A stretch of DNA of 64,000 nucleotides. Source: Octopus sinensis. Taxonomy: Eukaryota. This document shows, piece after piece, positions 27,718-41,327 of this stretch. Where the stretch lies: contig NC_043001.1 of assembly GCF_006345805.1 (NCBI RefSeq), forward strand, positions 92,318,001-92,382,000, written 5' to 3'. The position numbers and the translations under genes are program-made. The number at the start of each line of letters is the position of its first letter. The stretch's first letter is position 1. The notes below the pieces were generated by a model. The model worked only from the letters and a program-made list of their open reading frames with translations. It searched no databases and was not told the DNA's origin.

Positions 27718-28420
27718 GAACCCAAAGTATGGTGGAAGGCATAGCCACTCATAATAAAAAGGAGAACTGGTGGAATGTTCCAGTGAAAACCTCAATAAAA
27801 TGCAAACACAATAGACCTGATATAATGATTTGGGACAGAGAAGAGAAACTGTGTACAGTTGTGGAAATTAGCTGCCCAACGGATGTTAACATAAAACTGA
27901 AGATCAGTGAACAAGAGAATACCTACGCTGAACTATTGAGAAATCTGACGTTACGCTATCCATATTATAAGTTCAGGTTTATACCTGTAATTATTGGGGC
28001 ACTGATATATGTAACACACTGCCTAACTACCAATCTTGAGAAATTAGGCTTCTCAGAACCAGAGAGGAGAAAGCTGATTCGAAGACTACAGATCTAACCC
28101 ATCACTAGAACTGTAAAAATCTGTTAAACTTTCCAGAAGTTAATCATTTAAGTATATACGAGCATGTCTAGCTATGCAAGTATACGCATGAGAAGACTAT
28201 ACATAAAATAAAACATGCAAATCTGCACATACACACATACATACATACATACATACATACATACATACATACATACATACATACATACATACATACATAC
28301 ATACATACAAAAATACCTAGTTGTTGCTGTTCAAATTCCAATGAAGGAGCCTTGGATCTAAGTTAGAAACCGGCTCGTTCTCTATTGGCAAGAAATCTTG
28401 AAATAAAACTGAATAATGAC
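27718..28420 (+). mobile_element. 3' end of (TACA)n-associated R4/Dong-like LINE
   Basis: HNRPDIMIWDREEKLCTVVEISCPTDVNIKLK REL domain; (TACA)n on both sides. Confidence 0.85.
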
Positions 28421-28789
28421 GTACATACATACATAAACACATACATACGTACATACGTATGTACATACATGCATACATACATACATACATACATACATAC
28501 ATACAAACATGTATATATACACACATACATACATACATACATACATACATACATACATACATACGTACGTACGTACATACATACATGCATACATACAAAC
28601 ATGCATATATACAAACAAACAAACATGCATACATACATACATACATACATACATACATACATACATACATACATACATGCATGCATGCATACATGCATAC
28701 ATACATACATACATACATACATACATACATACATACATACATACATACATACATACATACATACATACATACATACATACATGCAAACA

Positions 28790-31210
28790 TAGATGCATAC
28801 ATCACAGAAGCTCTTTCACGTGACGACATAGACTCCTGTAGGAAAATCTGGAGTGAAAAGGAGTTCAATCAAATCGTTCTGTGGCTGTAAGAAATCCGAA
28901 GAAGTTAATGCCCGGCATTACACCCAAAGACATACAGCATTGGTAGTGATACCTTTGTAACTGGTACAAGATGGTGATACCTTTATAAATGGTACCAGAT
29001 GGTGATACCTTTGTAACTTGGTACAAGAAGCTGAACTTCTACCGACCATGGTGTGTCAATCTATACCAGCAAGCTCTCAATGGGAACAGTAGCATACCAC
29101 ACTATTTAGCTCTAGCAGAAGTAAAATTGATCCCCAAATGTAGAACCAGCCACATGGCAAAAAACTGCCGGCCAATTGCTTGTCAGAACTTAATGTATAA
29201 GATACATACAGCATGCTTAAACCTCTTCCTCCAAAATCATTCTGAAACCAATAACATCATCACAGCAGAAGAAGCAGCTAGGAAGAAGGGAGTCTGAGGA
29301 TGTATCGAGAAATGGTTTAATCAACAAATCTGTCATGTCAGAGGTGCGGGAGCATAGGAGAAACTTAGTTTCAATGTGGCTGACTTTGTTCCTCACTCAT
29401 AGATGCTAGAAGCGCTTCAATTTGCTAAAGTTCCAGTGAGCATAGTCAAAGCCATAACTGACTTGACTTCATCGTGGGCCACCACCTTGAAATTAAACAC
29501 AAAGAGTGACTGATTTATCACTGAAATACAGTATCGCAGAGGAATATTCCAATATTCCTGTCTGTGATGTTGTTCATATTTTCTGTACCCGCCTTGTCAT
29601 TCATGTTAAGGAAGTCTGATGGATATCTCACTGGTTCACAGCGAAACAAAAATACCAAGATTACACACTGTTCTTTTTGGATGACTTGAAACTTCTTGCA
29701 AATATCCACGAGATGAAAAGGATGCAGAGTTGGAGTTTGGTAAAGATAAATGTTATATCGTTGAGAAAAGGGGGAAAAACTCTTACATGTATTTAGGGAT
29801 AGATGAAAATATATCTTACAAAGGCACCTGTAACAAAATACGTGTCATTAAAGAATATTGCAGCCGATGAAAGAACATTTAGACCTCGGAACTCTCTGCA
29901 TTCAATAAAACAGTGGCTCACAATATGTTTGCAGTGCCATTATTCATACCAACATTTGAACCGCTTGATTGGACTCTGGATGAAATCCGAGCCTTTGATA
30001 TGAAAACCCGGAAAATACCAACAAGCATATATAATTTCCACATAAACAGTATCGTAGACCGCCTCTACCCAAAACGAAAAGAAGGTGGCAGAGGCTTAAC
30101 AGTGATCCAAAATGCCTTTGAATGTCCTCTCATATCTCTGCGGCAACATCTTTTAATCACCAAGTGTCGATGTGCATCCCTCGACCAAGTTTGCATATAT
30201 GAGGCTGATGACATCATAAGCCTTGGAAAGCAGCACCTTGAGCAGCATTCCTTGTCTTATGAGCTTAGATACATGCCCAAAGAAGTCACACAGCTCTATT
30301 GTAACGTATCGTCAAATGAAAGGATGAGCATATATGAGCAGAAGACCATGCATGTATATGTTAGTAGAAAACTCAGAAATGATAGTAACATTGAACACCA
30401 AAGAAGTCTATCATGGACCAACAACCGGATTACTACCACCCACTTTGAAGGCTATGCGTTTGCAATCCAGGGACAGGAAATATCAGCCAAATACTGATGC
30501 ATAAAATGGACAGAGCGACAGTAAAATGCGACAACCGATGCAGATTTTGTGGAGTTAACACCGGAGATATCGCCCACATCATAAGAAGTTGTCCGAAAAT
30601 GTCTACCGATGAGACATGATGTTGTAACTAGGACACTGTATGACGTGATCTGTTGAAAGGACAACCACGTGGACAACTCCGTGGAAGCCATTGCCCCTCA
30701 TAAAAAAAAGTGAGTATTGGTGGAATGTCACAGTGAAAACCTGAATAAAATATAAACACAAATGACCTGATATAATGACTTAGGATAAGAACAGAAACTG
30801 TGTGGAGTTGTGGAAATCAGCTGCCCAGCGGATGTTAACATAAAGCTGAAGATCAGGAAAAAATTTTGAAGAATCTACTGTTACTTTATCCAGACTAGAA
30901 GCTCAGGTTTATACTTGTAACACACTGCCTAAATACCAATCTTGAGAAATTAGGCTCCTCAAAACCAGAAAGGAAGAAGCTGATCCGAAGACATTAGATT
31001 TAATCCAGAACTGTAAAAGTCTGTAAAACTAAGTATATGCATGAGAAGACCTGCATAAAATCAAAACAAACAAATCTGCACGAATACAAACATACAAAAA
31101 TACTTTGTTGTTGATTTTGAAATTCTATTGAAGGATCTTTGGATCTAGGTTAGAAACCGGCTCTTTCTGTGTTGGCAAGAATTTATGAAATAAAACTGAA
31201 TAATGACATA
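28790..31210 (+). mobile_element. Longer decayed copy of the (TACA)n-associated R4/Dong-like LINE
   Basis: AKNCRPIACQNLMYK, VDRLYPKRKEGGRGL and EGYAFAIQGQEI motifs; CCHC and REL remnants. Confidence 0.85.
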
Positions 31211-31251
31211 CATGCATGCATACATATAACACACACACACACACACACACT

Positions 31252-31320
<69 letters not shown>

Positions 31321-31559
31321 TGTATATTTTATATTTTGCTTCAGTCGTTTCAGTCTTTACAGAAAAGTCAGATGCCAGTAAAAATATTTGAAGGGAACCC
31401 GCCTTTAGGTAAGCATAGACATAATATGAATTTATTTCGTTAACAGACAACTCATGAGACTCGTTTATGCAATTATAGAGTATATATTGTTAATAAGGAA
31501 GAAGAAATAATAGACGAATTTACGTTTAAAGTTATTTGAAATATTTTCGTATATTCTAG

Positions 31560-31655
31560 AAAAAATGTTTCAGTGGTGCTCGATTCCATTTCTATTGCTA
31601 TTAGCTGTTGAGGAACAATGCTCAGGCATTGTAAAACATTGTACTATCCGCAGAG
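31560..31655 (+). CDS. Probable exon: cytoplasmic exon of the Ig gene, or leader (signal-peptide) exon of a following gene
   Basis: ttctAG acceptor, 96 bp, G|GTAAAT donor, phase 1-1, in frame with the TM exon: KKMFQWCSIPFLLLLAVEEQCSGIVKHCTIRR; lies in non-repetitive sequence. Confidence 0.55.
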
Positions 31656-32327
31656 GTAAATTTCCAGAGGAAACCATAGTAACCTATAATATGTTACGTC
31701 ATGGCCTGTAGTCTGTCGCTTACTTGATCCATCTTAATCGCACTGCACCATACTTTAAAAAGTTATCTCTCTGGTAGATCACACGCCAAAGTAGTACTTT
31801 CTTTCACTCTCTCTCTCTTTCTCTGTCTGTCTCTGTATGTCTGTCTCTCCCTCTTTCTCTCTCTTCCTCCCTCTTTCTCTTTCTCTCTCTCTCTCCCCCT
31901 TACCTTTTGTGACAATGCCACACTTGTTCTCCTTGAAGCTCTTTTGGTTCTTTACTTCTCTCGTCACTCATATTATTTCTCATTTTGCTCTTCCAGGCAT
32001 TACACTAACCTGGTTCTTTCTCCTGAGAACTTCGACTCCTTGGAATTCCCTCCATGCACACGTTTTGCTGCAGTCGACTGACAACTATTGAAGAGGAAAG
32101 TTTCTGCACGTCATTATCTCCGGTCTTCGATGTCATGTGCAAAGACCCATTCCTGCATAACAATACAATCATCCAATAAAAAAAAATTGATAAAAAGAAA
32201 GCGAAATTTCAACTTCAAGTTATATAAACATGTATTTGTTTTGCTTTATATTTTGTCGTTTCTAAATCTAAACTTTACTGTTGCCTAATACTTCTTAATT
32301 GTTCAATATACTTTCAAAAACATTTTA

Positions 32328-32515
32328 AACATGGAGTGGCTGTGTGGTAAGTAGCTTGTTAACCAACCACATGGTTGTGGGTTCAGTCCCACTGCGTGGC
32401 ATCTTGGGCAAGTGTCTTCTGCTATAGCCCCGGGCCGACCAATGCCTTGTGAGTGGATTTGGTAGACGGAAACTGAAAGAAGCCTGTCGTATATATGTAT
32501 ATATATGTATATATG

Positions 32516-32579
<64 letters not shown>

Positions 32580-32580
32580 A

Positions 32581-32611
<31 letters not shown>

Positions 32612-32625
32612 ATATATATATATGT

Positions 32626-32696
<71 letters not shown>

Positions 32697-32935
32697 TGTG
32701 TGTGTGTGTGTGTGTTTGAGTGTCTGTGTTTGTCCCCCTAGCATTGCTTGACAACCGATGCTGGTGTGTTTACGTCCCCGTCACTTAGCGGTTCGGCAAA
32801 AGGGACCGATAGAATAAGTACTGGGCTTACAAAGAATAAGTGCCGGGGTCGAGTTGCTCGACTAAAGGCGGTGCTCCAGCATGGCCGCAGTCAAATGACT
32901 GAAACAAGTAAAAGAGTAAAAAAGAGAAAGAGTAA
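32328..32935 (+). mobile_element. SINE family A
   Basis: Full consensus with expanded internal microsatellite. Confidence 0.85.
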
Positions 32936-33149
32936 AGAAGAAAAAAAATGGGAAATGGGTTCCACTAAAAACACTCGAAAAACTTAATAAGACTGCATTT
33001 TTATAAAAAGAAAATGATGGGGAAAATTTACTTCTGCGTAAAATGGAATTGCGATGAACTTAATAAACTCGTATTCAGGATGTTTAAATATCCACAAAAT
33101 AACGTTTTGCTACATTTTCCTCCAGATTTTTTTAACAGGATTTTTTTAA

Positions 33150-33334
33150 TAGGCGCAGGAGTGGCTGTGTGGTAAGTAGCTTGCTAACCAACCACATGGT
33201 TTCGGGTTCAGTCCCACTGCGTGGCATCTTGGGCAAGTGTCTTCTGCTATAGCCCCGGGCCGACCAATGCCTTGTGAGTGGATTTGGTAGACGGAAACTG
33301 AAAGAAGCCTGTCGTATATATGTATATATATATA

Positions 33335-33407
<73 letters not shown>

Positions 33408-33561
33408 ATGTGTATGTGTTTGTGTGTGTGTGTTTGTCCCCCTAGCAGCGCTTGACAACTGATGCTGGTGTGTTTACGTCCCCGTCACTTAGCGGTTCGG
33501 CAAAAGAGACCGATAGAATAAGTACTGGGCTTACAAAGAATAAGTCCCGGGGTCGATTTGT
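33150..33561 (+). mobile_element. SINE family A, 3'-truncated
   Basis: Consensus match. Confidence 0.85.
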
Positions 33562-33766
33562 GAAGAATTATCGCAAGTCTCGTTCAGTAGTAAACAAGAT
33601 TGAAAGGGGAGTAACTCCTGTATAAGATATAATACTCACTTCCCCTTTGGCCAAGCGCGCGTGTATGAGCGCACGAAGTCCATGTATCTATATGAAACGA
33701 GTCTATTATAAAGAGACATTGACTGCAAGAAAGTCTTAAATATATAAACGTGTGTGTGTGTGTATA

Positions 33767-33809
<43 letters not shown>

Positions 33810-33812
<3 letters not shown>

Positions 33813-34213
33813 GTGCAAGAGTGGCTGTGTGGTAAGTAGCTTGTTTACCAATCACATGGTTCCGGGTTCAGTCCCACTGCGTGGCACCTTGGGCAAGTGT
33901 CTTCTACTATGGCCTCGGGCCGACCAAAGCCTTCTGAGTGGATTTGGTAGACGGAAACTGAAAAGAAGCCCGTTGTATATATATATATATATGCGTGTGT
34001 GTTTGTGTGCCTGTGTTTGTCCCCCTAGCATTGCTTGACAACAGATGCTTGTGTGTTTATGTCCCCGTTACTTAGCGATTCGTCAAAATAGACCGATAGC
34101 ATAAGTACTGGGCTTACAAAAGGGTCCCAGGGTCGAGTTGCTCGATTAAAGGCAGTGCTCCAGCATGGCCGCAGTCAAATGACTGAAACAAGTAAAAGAA
34201 TAAAGAGTAAAGA
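33810..34213 (+). mobile_element. SINE family A
   Basis: Consensus match with AAAGAGTAAAGAG tail. Confidence 0.85.
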
Positions 34214-35065
34214 GTATATATATATATATATACATATATAAATAGAGAGACAGAGACAGAGAGAGATGGGGAGTTGGGGAGATGGAGAGAGAGAGAGGGA
34301 GACATATACATACGTACATATACACACACAAGGCAGTTCACTTTAACAGAGCATTATGTCTACACCCAGTCTTTGGAAAACCTCATAAAGCAAGGAATAA
34401 GATCTGTTATCTTAATCTGGCTTGGCTACAGTCCAACATACGATGACAAACAATATTTTGTATCTACATTTTTAAAAATCAATTTAATATTGCGTTCATA
34501 TACATCAATAAAATGATCACTGTATGGAAGCTTACTTTTGCCATCATACATTTTGAAAAAAGAAACATCGTTTATCATGTTCAATATTCTTCAACAACGT
34601 TATATCTAAGGGAAGTAACTCTGATATAACACTGAAGTAACTTCAGCATAAGGGAAGTTACTTCCCCTAGGCTGAAATTTTCAGCTATAAGGTAATAAAC
34701 ATTGTACTAATAATTTAATAACTTCCAAAGGAATACGTCTCTATACTGCTAAATAAACGTTGGTAATTCTTTCTGCTATAGACGCAAGGCCTGAAATTTT
34801 GTGGGGCGGGGCTAGTCAATCACATTGACGGCATTGCCCAGCTGGTGTTTATCTTATCGAATCCGAAATGTTGAAAGGCAAATTTGATGACGGTGGCATT
34901 TGAATCCAGAACATAAAGCTGGAAGATATGCGTCTTTCATTTTTCTCCTACGTGCTTAATGACTCTGCCAGCACGCTGCATCAATTGTTAGTAATAACTA
35001 CATCGTATTTGGCATGGTGATGCGTACAAACGCCTGTGCATTCGCGCATGCACACACACGCACGC

Positions 35066-35127
<62 letters not shown>

Positions 35128-35291
35128 GCACGCACACACGCACACATACACACACGAAGTTACATAAGACTAGAATTGTATTATCATAGATACACCTACA
35201 CAACTTAAATTAATGACGTGCCACCCGTGTTTCTTTCTTAGATATCTTGGGTTTATGCGTAAACTTTAAGGTGCGGCTGCATTCATAATAC

Positions 35292-35363
35292 GGTTGGTTG
35301 GCTCAGTTCGTTGGAACGTCGTGGTAATAACGCGAATGCGCGAGTTCGAGTTCTATATATGCA
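35292..35363 (+). pseudogene. tRNA-Ile(AAT) pseudogene
   Basis: GGTTGGTTGGCTCAGTTCGTTGGAACG-TCGTG-GTAATAA-CGCGA...GAGTTCGAG; acceptor stem broken. Confidence 0.7.
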
Positions 35364-35512
35364 TGTGTGTGCTGGGGACGGTGTAAATATAAAGTGTCAC
35401 TTACCTCAATAAATCGAGTCCATTATAAACACTATTGACTGCAAGGGAAAGATGTTCCCTTATGTGTGTCTGTTTGTATGTATATATATATATATATATA
35501 GTATATATATTA

Positions 35513-35888
35513 TATACATACATACATACATACATACATACATACATACATACATGCATACATATATACATACATACATACATGCATACATACATACATG
35601 CATACACACAAACATACATTCATGCATGCATACATACATACATACATACATGCATGCATGCATGCATGCATACATACATACATACATGCATGCATGCATG
35701 CATGCATACATACATACATGCATGCATACATACATACATACATACATGCATGCATGCATGCATGCATGCATGCATACATACATACATACATACATACATA
35801 CATACATACATACATACATACAAACGTACATACATACAAATATGCATGCATGCATACATGCATATACATACATACATACATACATACA

Positions 35889-35920
<32 letters not shown>

Positions 35921-35940
35921 CATACATACATACATACGTA
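35513..35940. repeat. Compound (TACA)n/(TGCA)n microsatellite
   Basis: Seen directly; a similar tract lies at 28420-28790. Confidence 0.95.
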
Positions 35941-36434
35941 CACACCAACCAGTACTCTTCAAAAGAGTACTTCGCCTACACCCAGTCCCAATCTTTCGAA
36001 AATACCATCGACTGTGAAATTGTTTTCGTCCAACGATAACTTAATCTGTTCATCATATCACCAAAAGATATTCCTTGATATTATCGATGAATTTTGGTTT
36101 ACTGCTGAATTAGATTTCATAGATATTATATCTTTCCATTAGTTCAGATAATAAAGGTGATTCGCTCCTATTCATGGGTTAGAGATCACCTCTCTCCCTT
36201 TTAATCTGTTGTGTACTTGATGTTCTACTAGTTGAAGGGTGCAATGCATAAGAAAGAGCCTGTCTCATCTTGCGATTATATGCGCATCTAATGTATCATG
36301 TATATGCGCATCTCATGTATAACGCAAAGCATTATACATGAGAAGAAATAGTCCATTGACAAGGGGTAAATGGTAAAAGTAGCATACATGAGAAGTTGTA
36401 AGCTGCTTGCAAGAAAGTTGCATATGTGCGACTT

Positions 36435-36910
36435 AAGAGAGAAACTGTGTACAGTTGTGGAAATCAACTACCCTGCGGATGTTAATATAACGCTAAAGGT
36501 CGGCAAAAAGCGAATACCTACGCTGAACTATTGAGAAATCTACAGCTATTCTATCCATATTACAAGTTCAGGTTTGTACCTGTAATTCTTAGGGCACTAG
36601 GATATGTAACACATTGCCAAAATACCAATTTTGAGAAATTAGGCCTCTCAAAACCAGAAAAGAGAAAACTGATTCAAAGTCTACAAATTTGTAAAACCTT
36701 CCTGAAGTTTATTAATAATTAAGTATTTATGAGCATGTCTAGATATGCAAGTATAAGCATGAGAGTATATACATAAAATAAAACATACAAATCTTCACAT
36801 GTACATACACACATACAAAAATACTCTGTTGATGTTGTTGCTTAGATCTAGGTTAGAAATCGGCTCTTTCTCTGCTGCAAGAAATTTTGAAGTAAAACTG
36901 AATAATAACA
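36435..36910 (+). mobile_element. 3' end of (TACA)n-family R4/Dong-like LINE
   Basis: RNLQLFYPYYKFRFVPVIL and the shared 3' UTR. Confidence 0.8.
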
Positions 36911-37135
36911 TACATATATACATGTGTGTGTGTGTGTGCGTGTGTGTATGTGTGTGTGTGTGTGGTTCTGTGATCTATTCTTCTACATAGTGCAACCAAA
37001 TGACATTCGGACTATACCAGTATTCTTCTTCAGAGTTTTCCTTTCAATACACTGTAATACACATAAGGTTATACGCTGTGCAATTTAAATTTAGATAGCA
37101 CCATATAATGATAAATGAATATATGAATATATGAA

Positions 37136-37209
<74 letters not shown>

Positions 37210-37210
<1 letters not shown>

Positions 37211-39097
37211 TCGACATCGCACGTTCGGTCCGTCAGGGATGCCCCCTCTCGTCGCTTCTATACGTATTGACTCTCGAGCCATTATTGCGGAAGCTGGCAA
37301 CCTTGAGAGGCATCCCGCGAGAACTGGGATGCGGGACGAGCGTGTCTGCATACGCGGACGACGTCACCGTCATAGTGTCTAGCCACGAGCACATCGAGCA
37401 GGTCGGCGAGACACTGAAAAACTACGAAGCGGTGACAGGAGCGAAAATCAACCGGGAAAAGTCAGTGGGCTTGCGACTCGGCACCTGGAGAAGCAAGCCT
37501 ATGCCGTCCACCAGCGCCTCCGTCGTGGGACGCTGGACCGACGGCCCGGTTGAGTTGCTCGGGGTCTGGTTTGGTCTGGACCTCCAAGTGGAGAAGAACT
37601 GGAACGAGATAACGAGTAGGGTGGTCACTCTCGCCCGGCAATGGGCCGAGAGGAAACTGTCCCTAAAAGGTCGGGCGGAGGTGGCGAACACGTACATCGC
37701 GTCCGTCATCTACTACCGCCTGACCGTCGTACCTTGTCCCGATCCTACCATCACCAAACTACAACGCATTCTCTTTCGCTTCTTGTGGAAAGGATGCGTC
37801 CCGATGGTCAGGCGATCCATTTGCTGTCAACACCCGTTAAAAGGAGGGCTGGGCATGCCGTGGTTGATGATGCGCAGACACGCGCTGAGACTGCGACATC
37901 TCTGGCTCTATGTAGACGACGGTGAACAGGTGTGGTCGCCGTTTGTGAGGCACGCTTTCCCGCAGCTCGTCTCCATGACCGAACTGCAGTCGTGGATCAA
38001 AAAGAGGCCGAAGAAGGGCGAATGGCACCGCGAGTGTCGCGTTGCTCTCAAGCAACTCTGTCGTCCTGGGTCGACCTTGAGTGACTTCAACACAACCAAA
38101 GCATTCTATAGGTGTTTAGTGGAGGGGAGGTACGACGACGAGCTCGGGGCGAACCTGGACGTCGACGAGGAGTACCTGACCCCCTGTTCAGGACGACTTT
38201 CGGGCCAGGGCCCATGGACAACTTCCAGAGATCCCTGGCCTGGCGTGCTACCGAGAAGCGCTACCCGTTCGGGATAACCTCTACAGACACGGCTCGAGAA
38301 ACACGGGGCCGACCTGCCCGAGATGCGGTCAGAGCGACGAAACCGTTCTGCACGCACTCGTGCAGTGTCCAACAATTTCTGACCTGTGGGCTTGTGTCGA
38401 ACAACTGCTGTCACGTGTGGGACGAGTCGGTTTATAATATCGTTAATATTGTCACGCCTCCCTCCTTCAAACGGGAAGGAAGAGCTATTTTCATCATCCT
38501 TGTGGCTATGGCAAAGAATGTATCTGGTGGACGCGTCTGAAAGGATTGGAGACAAACACTTTCCTCTCTGGTCAATCTCTCATCAACTTCTTCAAGTACC
38601 ACTTGAAAAAGGAAAGTGAGAGTAGAGAGGCAAGTTTTGTCTAGCGAATGTTTTAAAAAAGATGGTGAATGTAGCAAGAATGGCACGTATGAATGACGAA
38701 GCCACCTTGAGCATGATCCTATGAACCCAGAAATTGAAAACAGAGAGTTGCTTATTTGCAAAAAAAAAAAAAAAGAATATACATATGACTCCATTGACCG
38801 AGGTTACCGTGGTCTTTTCCGTAGGCTTTTCTTTCCACGGGTAAACCTCACCTGTCCTCCCCTTACACTTCATATTGACATTCTGTGATAACGATCCCTA
38901 TTGATCAAATTTTTTTTTTTTTTCCTCTCCCCCTTTTTTTTAACCCCCCTTTTTTTTGTCCTCTTTCTCTCCTTTTACGATCCCTTTTGATCGAAACTCC
39001 CCTTCCCTTTTTTTTTTTTTTTAAACCTTCAAAAGAAAAGCTCTACCTTGTAATTTGTTCTATCTGTGTGCAGCCCTGTGTGGCTAATAAAGAAACA
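37210..39097 (+). mobile_element. 5'-truncated Tx1-like (L1 group) LINE inserted in (TATC)n
   Basis: VRQGCPLS, AYADD, WAERKLSLKGR and GGLGMP motifs, zf-RVT-like C-terminus, AATAAA 3' end; (TATC)n on both sides. Confidence 0.9.
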
Positions 39098-39142
<45 letters not shown>

Positions 39143-39188
39143 GACTATACCTCGCTAAATATCGCTCTCCCTCTCTCTGTCTCTCTCC

Positions 39189-39270
<82 letters not shown>

Positions 39271-39343
39271 CATTTTCATTTTCATCTAGTTTCAGCTCAC
39301 GAGCTGTGGCCATGCTGGGGCACCGCCATTCAAATGTAATGGA

Positions 39344-39411
39344 ATGCTTACAGCACCTAGGTTTCCCAATCGGTCACCCATTTAAGTACTAACTAGGCTC
39401 GATGTTGCTTA
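39344..39411 (-). pseudogene. 3' half of 5S rRNA (head of a putative 5S-derived SINE, 39270-39411)
   Basis: Minus strand TAAGCAACATCGAGCCTAGTTAGTACTTAAATGGGTGACCGATTGGGAAACCTAGGTGCTGTAAGC aligns to metazoan 5S rRNA from about nt 53 to the 3' end. Confidence 0.85.
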
Positions 39412-39877
39412 TATACATATATATATATATTACAGGAAAAGGACAGCAAAAACGAAGGCGAGATGAGTATCTCAAGTCATTTATAATAATTTGATTGAGA
39501 TAAAGTGAATCTGAAGTCTTACAGCTGTTCCTGGGTTCTCGCATGTGATAAGCTAGCCTGCCCATACAATTGACTTCAGAAAATATAGAAGACTGTGTAG
39601 TAAAATAAATATTAAAGCCTGAATTAAAAAGGATTATAATATGTTTTGGTTTATTTTTATCTGAAGCAGCTGAGAAACACTGACATATGTTTACACGCAC
39701 GTTTCACTACTTTATCATCCTGTGATGCGCCTGCTCTATGTTTCTTAGTAATTTGTAAAGTCGTAATATCAGTTTCCATTCCTACCGCACTCTTAAGCAA
39801 CTTTATAAGGGTGCACTCCCATTAATATCATTCAAAATATCGATATTATATCTATTTTATATCTATATATATCTATA

Positions 39878-40470
39878 TAAGCACAGGAGTGGCTGTGTGG
39901 TAAGTAGCTATAGGCGCAAGAGTGGCTGTGTGGTAAGTAGCTTGCTTACCAGCCACATGGTTCCGGGTTCAGTCCCACTGTGTGGCACCTTGGGCAAGTG
40001 TCTTCTGCTATAGCCTCGGGCCGACCAAAGCCTTGTGAGTGGATTTGGTAAACAGAAACTGAAAGAAGCCCGTCGTATATATGTGTATATATATATATAA
40101 CGGGAAGCTTTATGAAAATAGACAAAAGACGAAGGCAGGTTTACGGAAAAAAACAAAAGACGAAGGCAGGTGGAATACAAACAAACAATTGTATTAGTAT
40201 GGCGCTCAGGAAATATAAATAAAACAAGTCTTTATACATGTGTGTGCGTGTATGTTTGTGTGTCTGTGTTTGGCCCCCTAGCATTGCTTGACAACCGATG
40301 CTGGTGTGTTTATGTCCCCGTCACTTAGCGGTTCGGCAAAAGAGACCGATATAATAAGTACTAGGCTTACGAAAAATAAGTCCCGGGGTCGAGTTGCTCG
40401 ACTAAAAGGCGGTGCTCCAGCATGGACGCAGTCAACTGACTGAAACAGGTAAAAGAGTAAAAATGAGTAT
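39878..40470 (+). mobile_element. SINE family A with duplicated head and a nested fragment in its (TA)n
   Basis: Head repeated at 39878 and 39911; foreign segment ~40100-40235 resembling the 16530/22190 repeat. Confidence 0.8.
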
Positions 40471-40892
40471 ATTTAAACATCATACAGATCAATAAAATGA
40501 TCATTGTCTACATCGCAGTCATTGCCCAGCTGGTGTTTATTTTATCGAGTCCGAAAGGCTGAAAGGAAAATAGACCTTGGCGGGAATTGAACTCAGAGCA
40601 TAAAGCTCGAAACCGTACCGATAAGCATTTTGTTCAACGTGCTAACGCTTCTGCTAGCATGCCGCTTTAATTAGTGATAACTGCCAACTAATTAGGCTTG
40701 CTGACACGCAGTCATATTTGTGCCCGCGCGCTTATACAGACGAAGTTGCATAATAGGGCAATTTTCATTATCATAGATTCGCCCACTCAGCATGAATTAA
40801 TGAGGTGTCAACAGTGTTTTTTTCATGTAGGTTATTCATAAAGATTTAGGCGTGACCGCGTTCATAATTGTATTGAACATTATAGTGTACAG

Positions 40893-40966
40893 GTAACGGT
40901 TAGCTCAGTTGGTTGGGGCGTTGTGCGAATAACGCGAATGCGGTGGGTTCGAATCTATACATATAG
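40893..40966 (+). pseudogene. tRNA-Ile(AAT) pseudogene
   Basis: CGGTTAGCTCAGTTGGTTGGGGCG-TTGTG-CGAATAA-CGCGA...GGGTTCGAATC; acceptor stem broken. Confidence 0.75.
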
Positions 40967-41039
40967 ACGGTATACATAATTGTATGCGTGTGTGTGTACT
41001 TTAGAGTGTATTCTTATTTGGATATATGATACATTGACA

Positions 41040-41071
<32 letters not shown>

Positions 41072-41115
41072 TTGTGTCTTCGTGTGTGTGTACGTGCGTG
41101 TGTGTGTGTGCGTGC

Positions 41116-41181
<66 letters not shown>

Positions 41182-41226
41182 ACACAAAGTTCATGTATCT
41201 CGATTCATCGATATACGTCGATAGAC

Positions 41227-41299
41227 GGACGTTTAGTTCATTTAGTAAGAATGTCGTGCTACAACACGAATGTCGTCGGTTCGAGCCCCGTACTGGCCA
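41227..41299 (+). pseudogene. tRNA-Ile-like pseudogene
   Basis: 73 nt ending GGTTCGAGCCCCGTACTGGCCA; anticodon stem TCGTG/CACGA with a 6-nt loop; T-run downstream. Confidence 0.75.
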
Positions 41300-41327
41300 G
41301 TGAATATTTTTTTGTTTTTTTTCTTTT

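Noticed and set aside
32083-32165. TTGAAGA-GGAA...TTCC hammerhead-like segment
   Set aside because: GAAA and stem I are not recognisable.
39505-39585. Minus-strand GGAACAGCTGTA with paired flanks, hammerhead-like
   Set aside because: CUGANGA core is absent; at most a dead relic.
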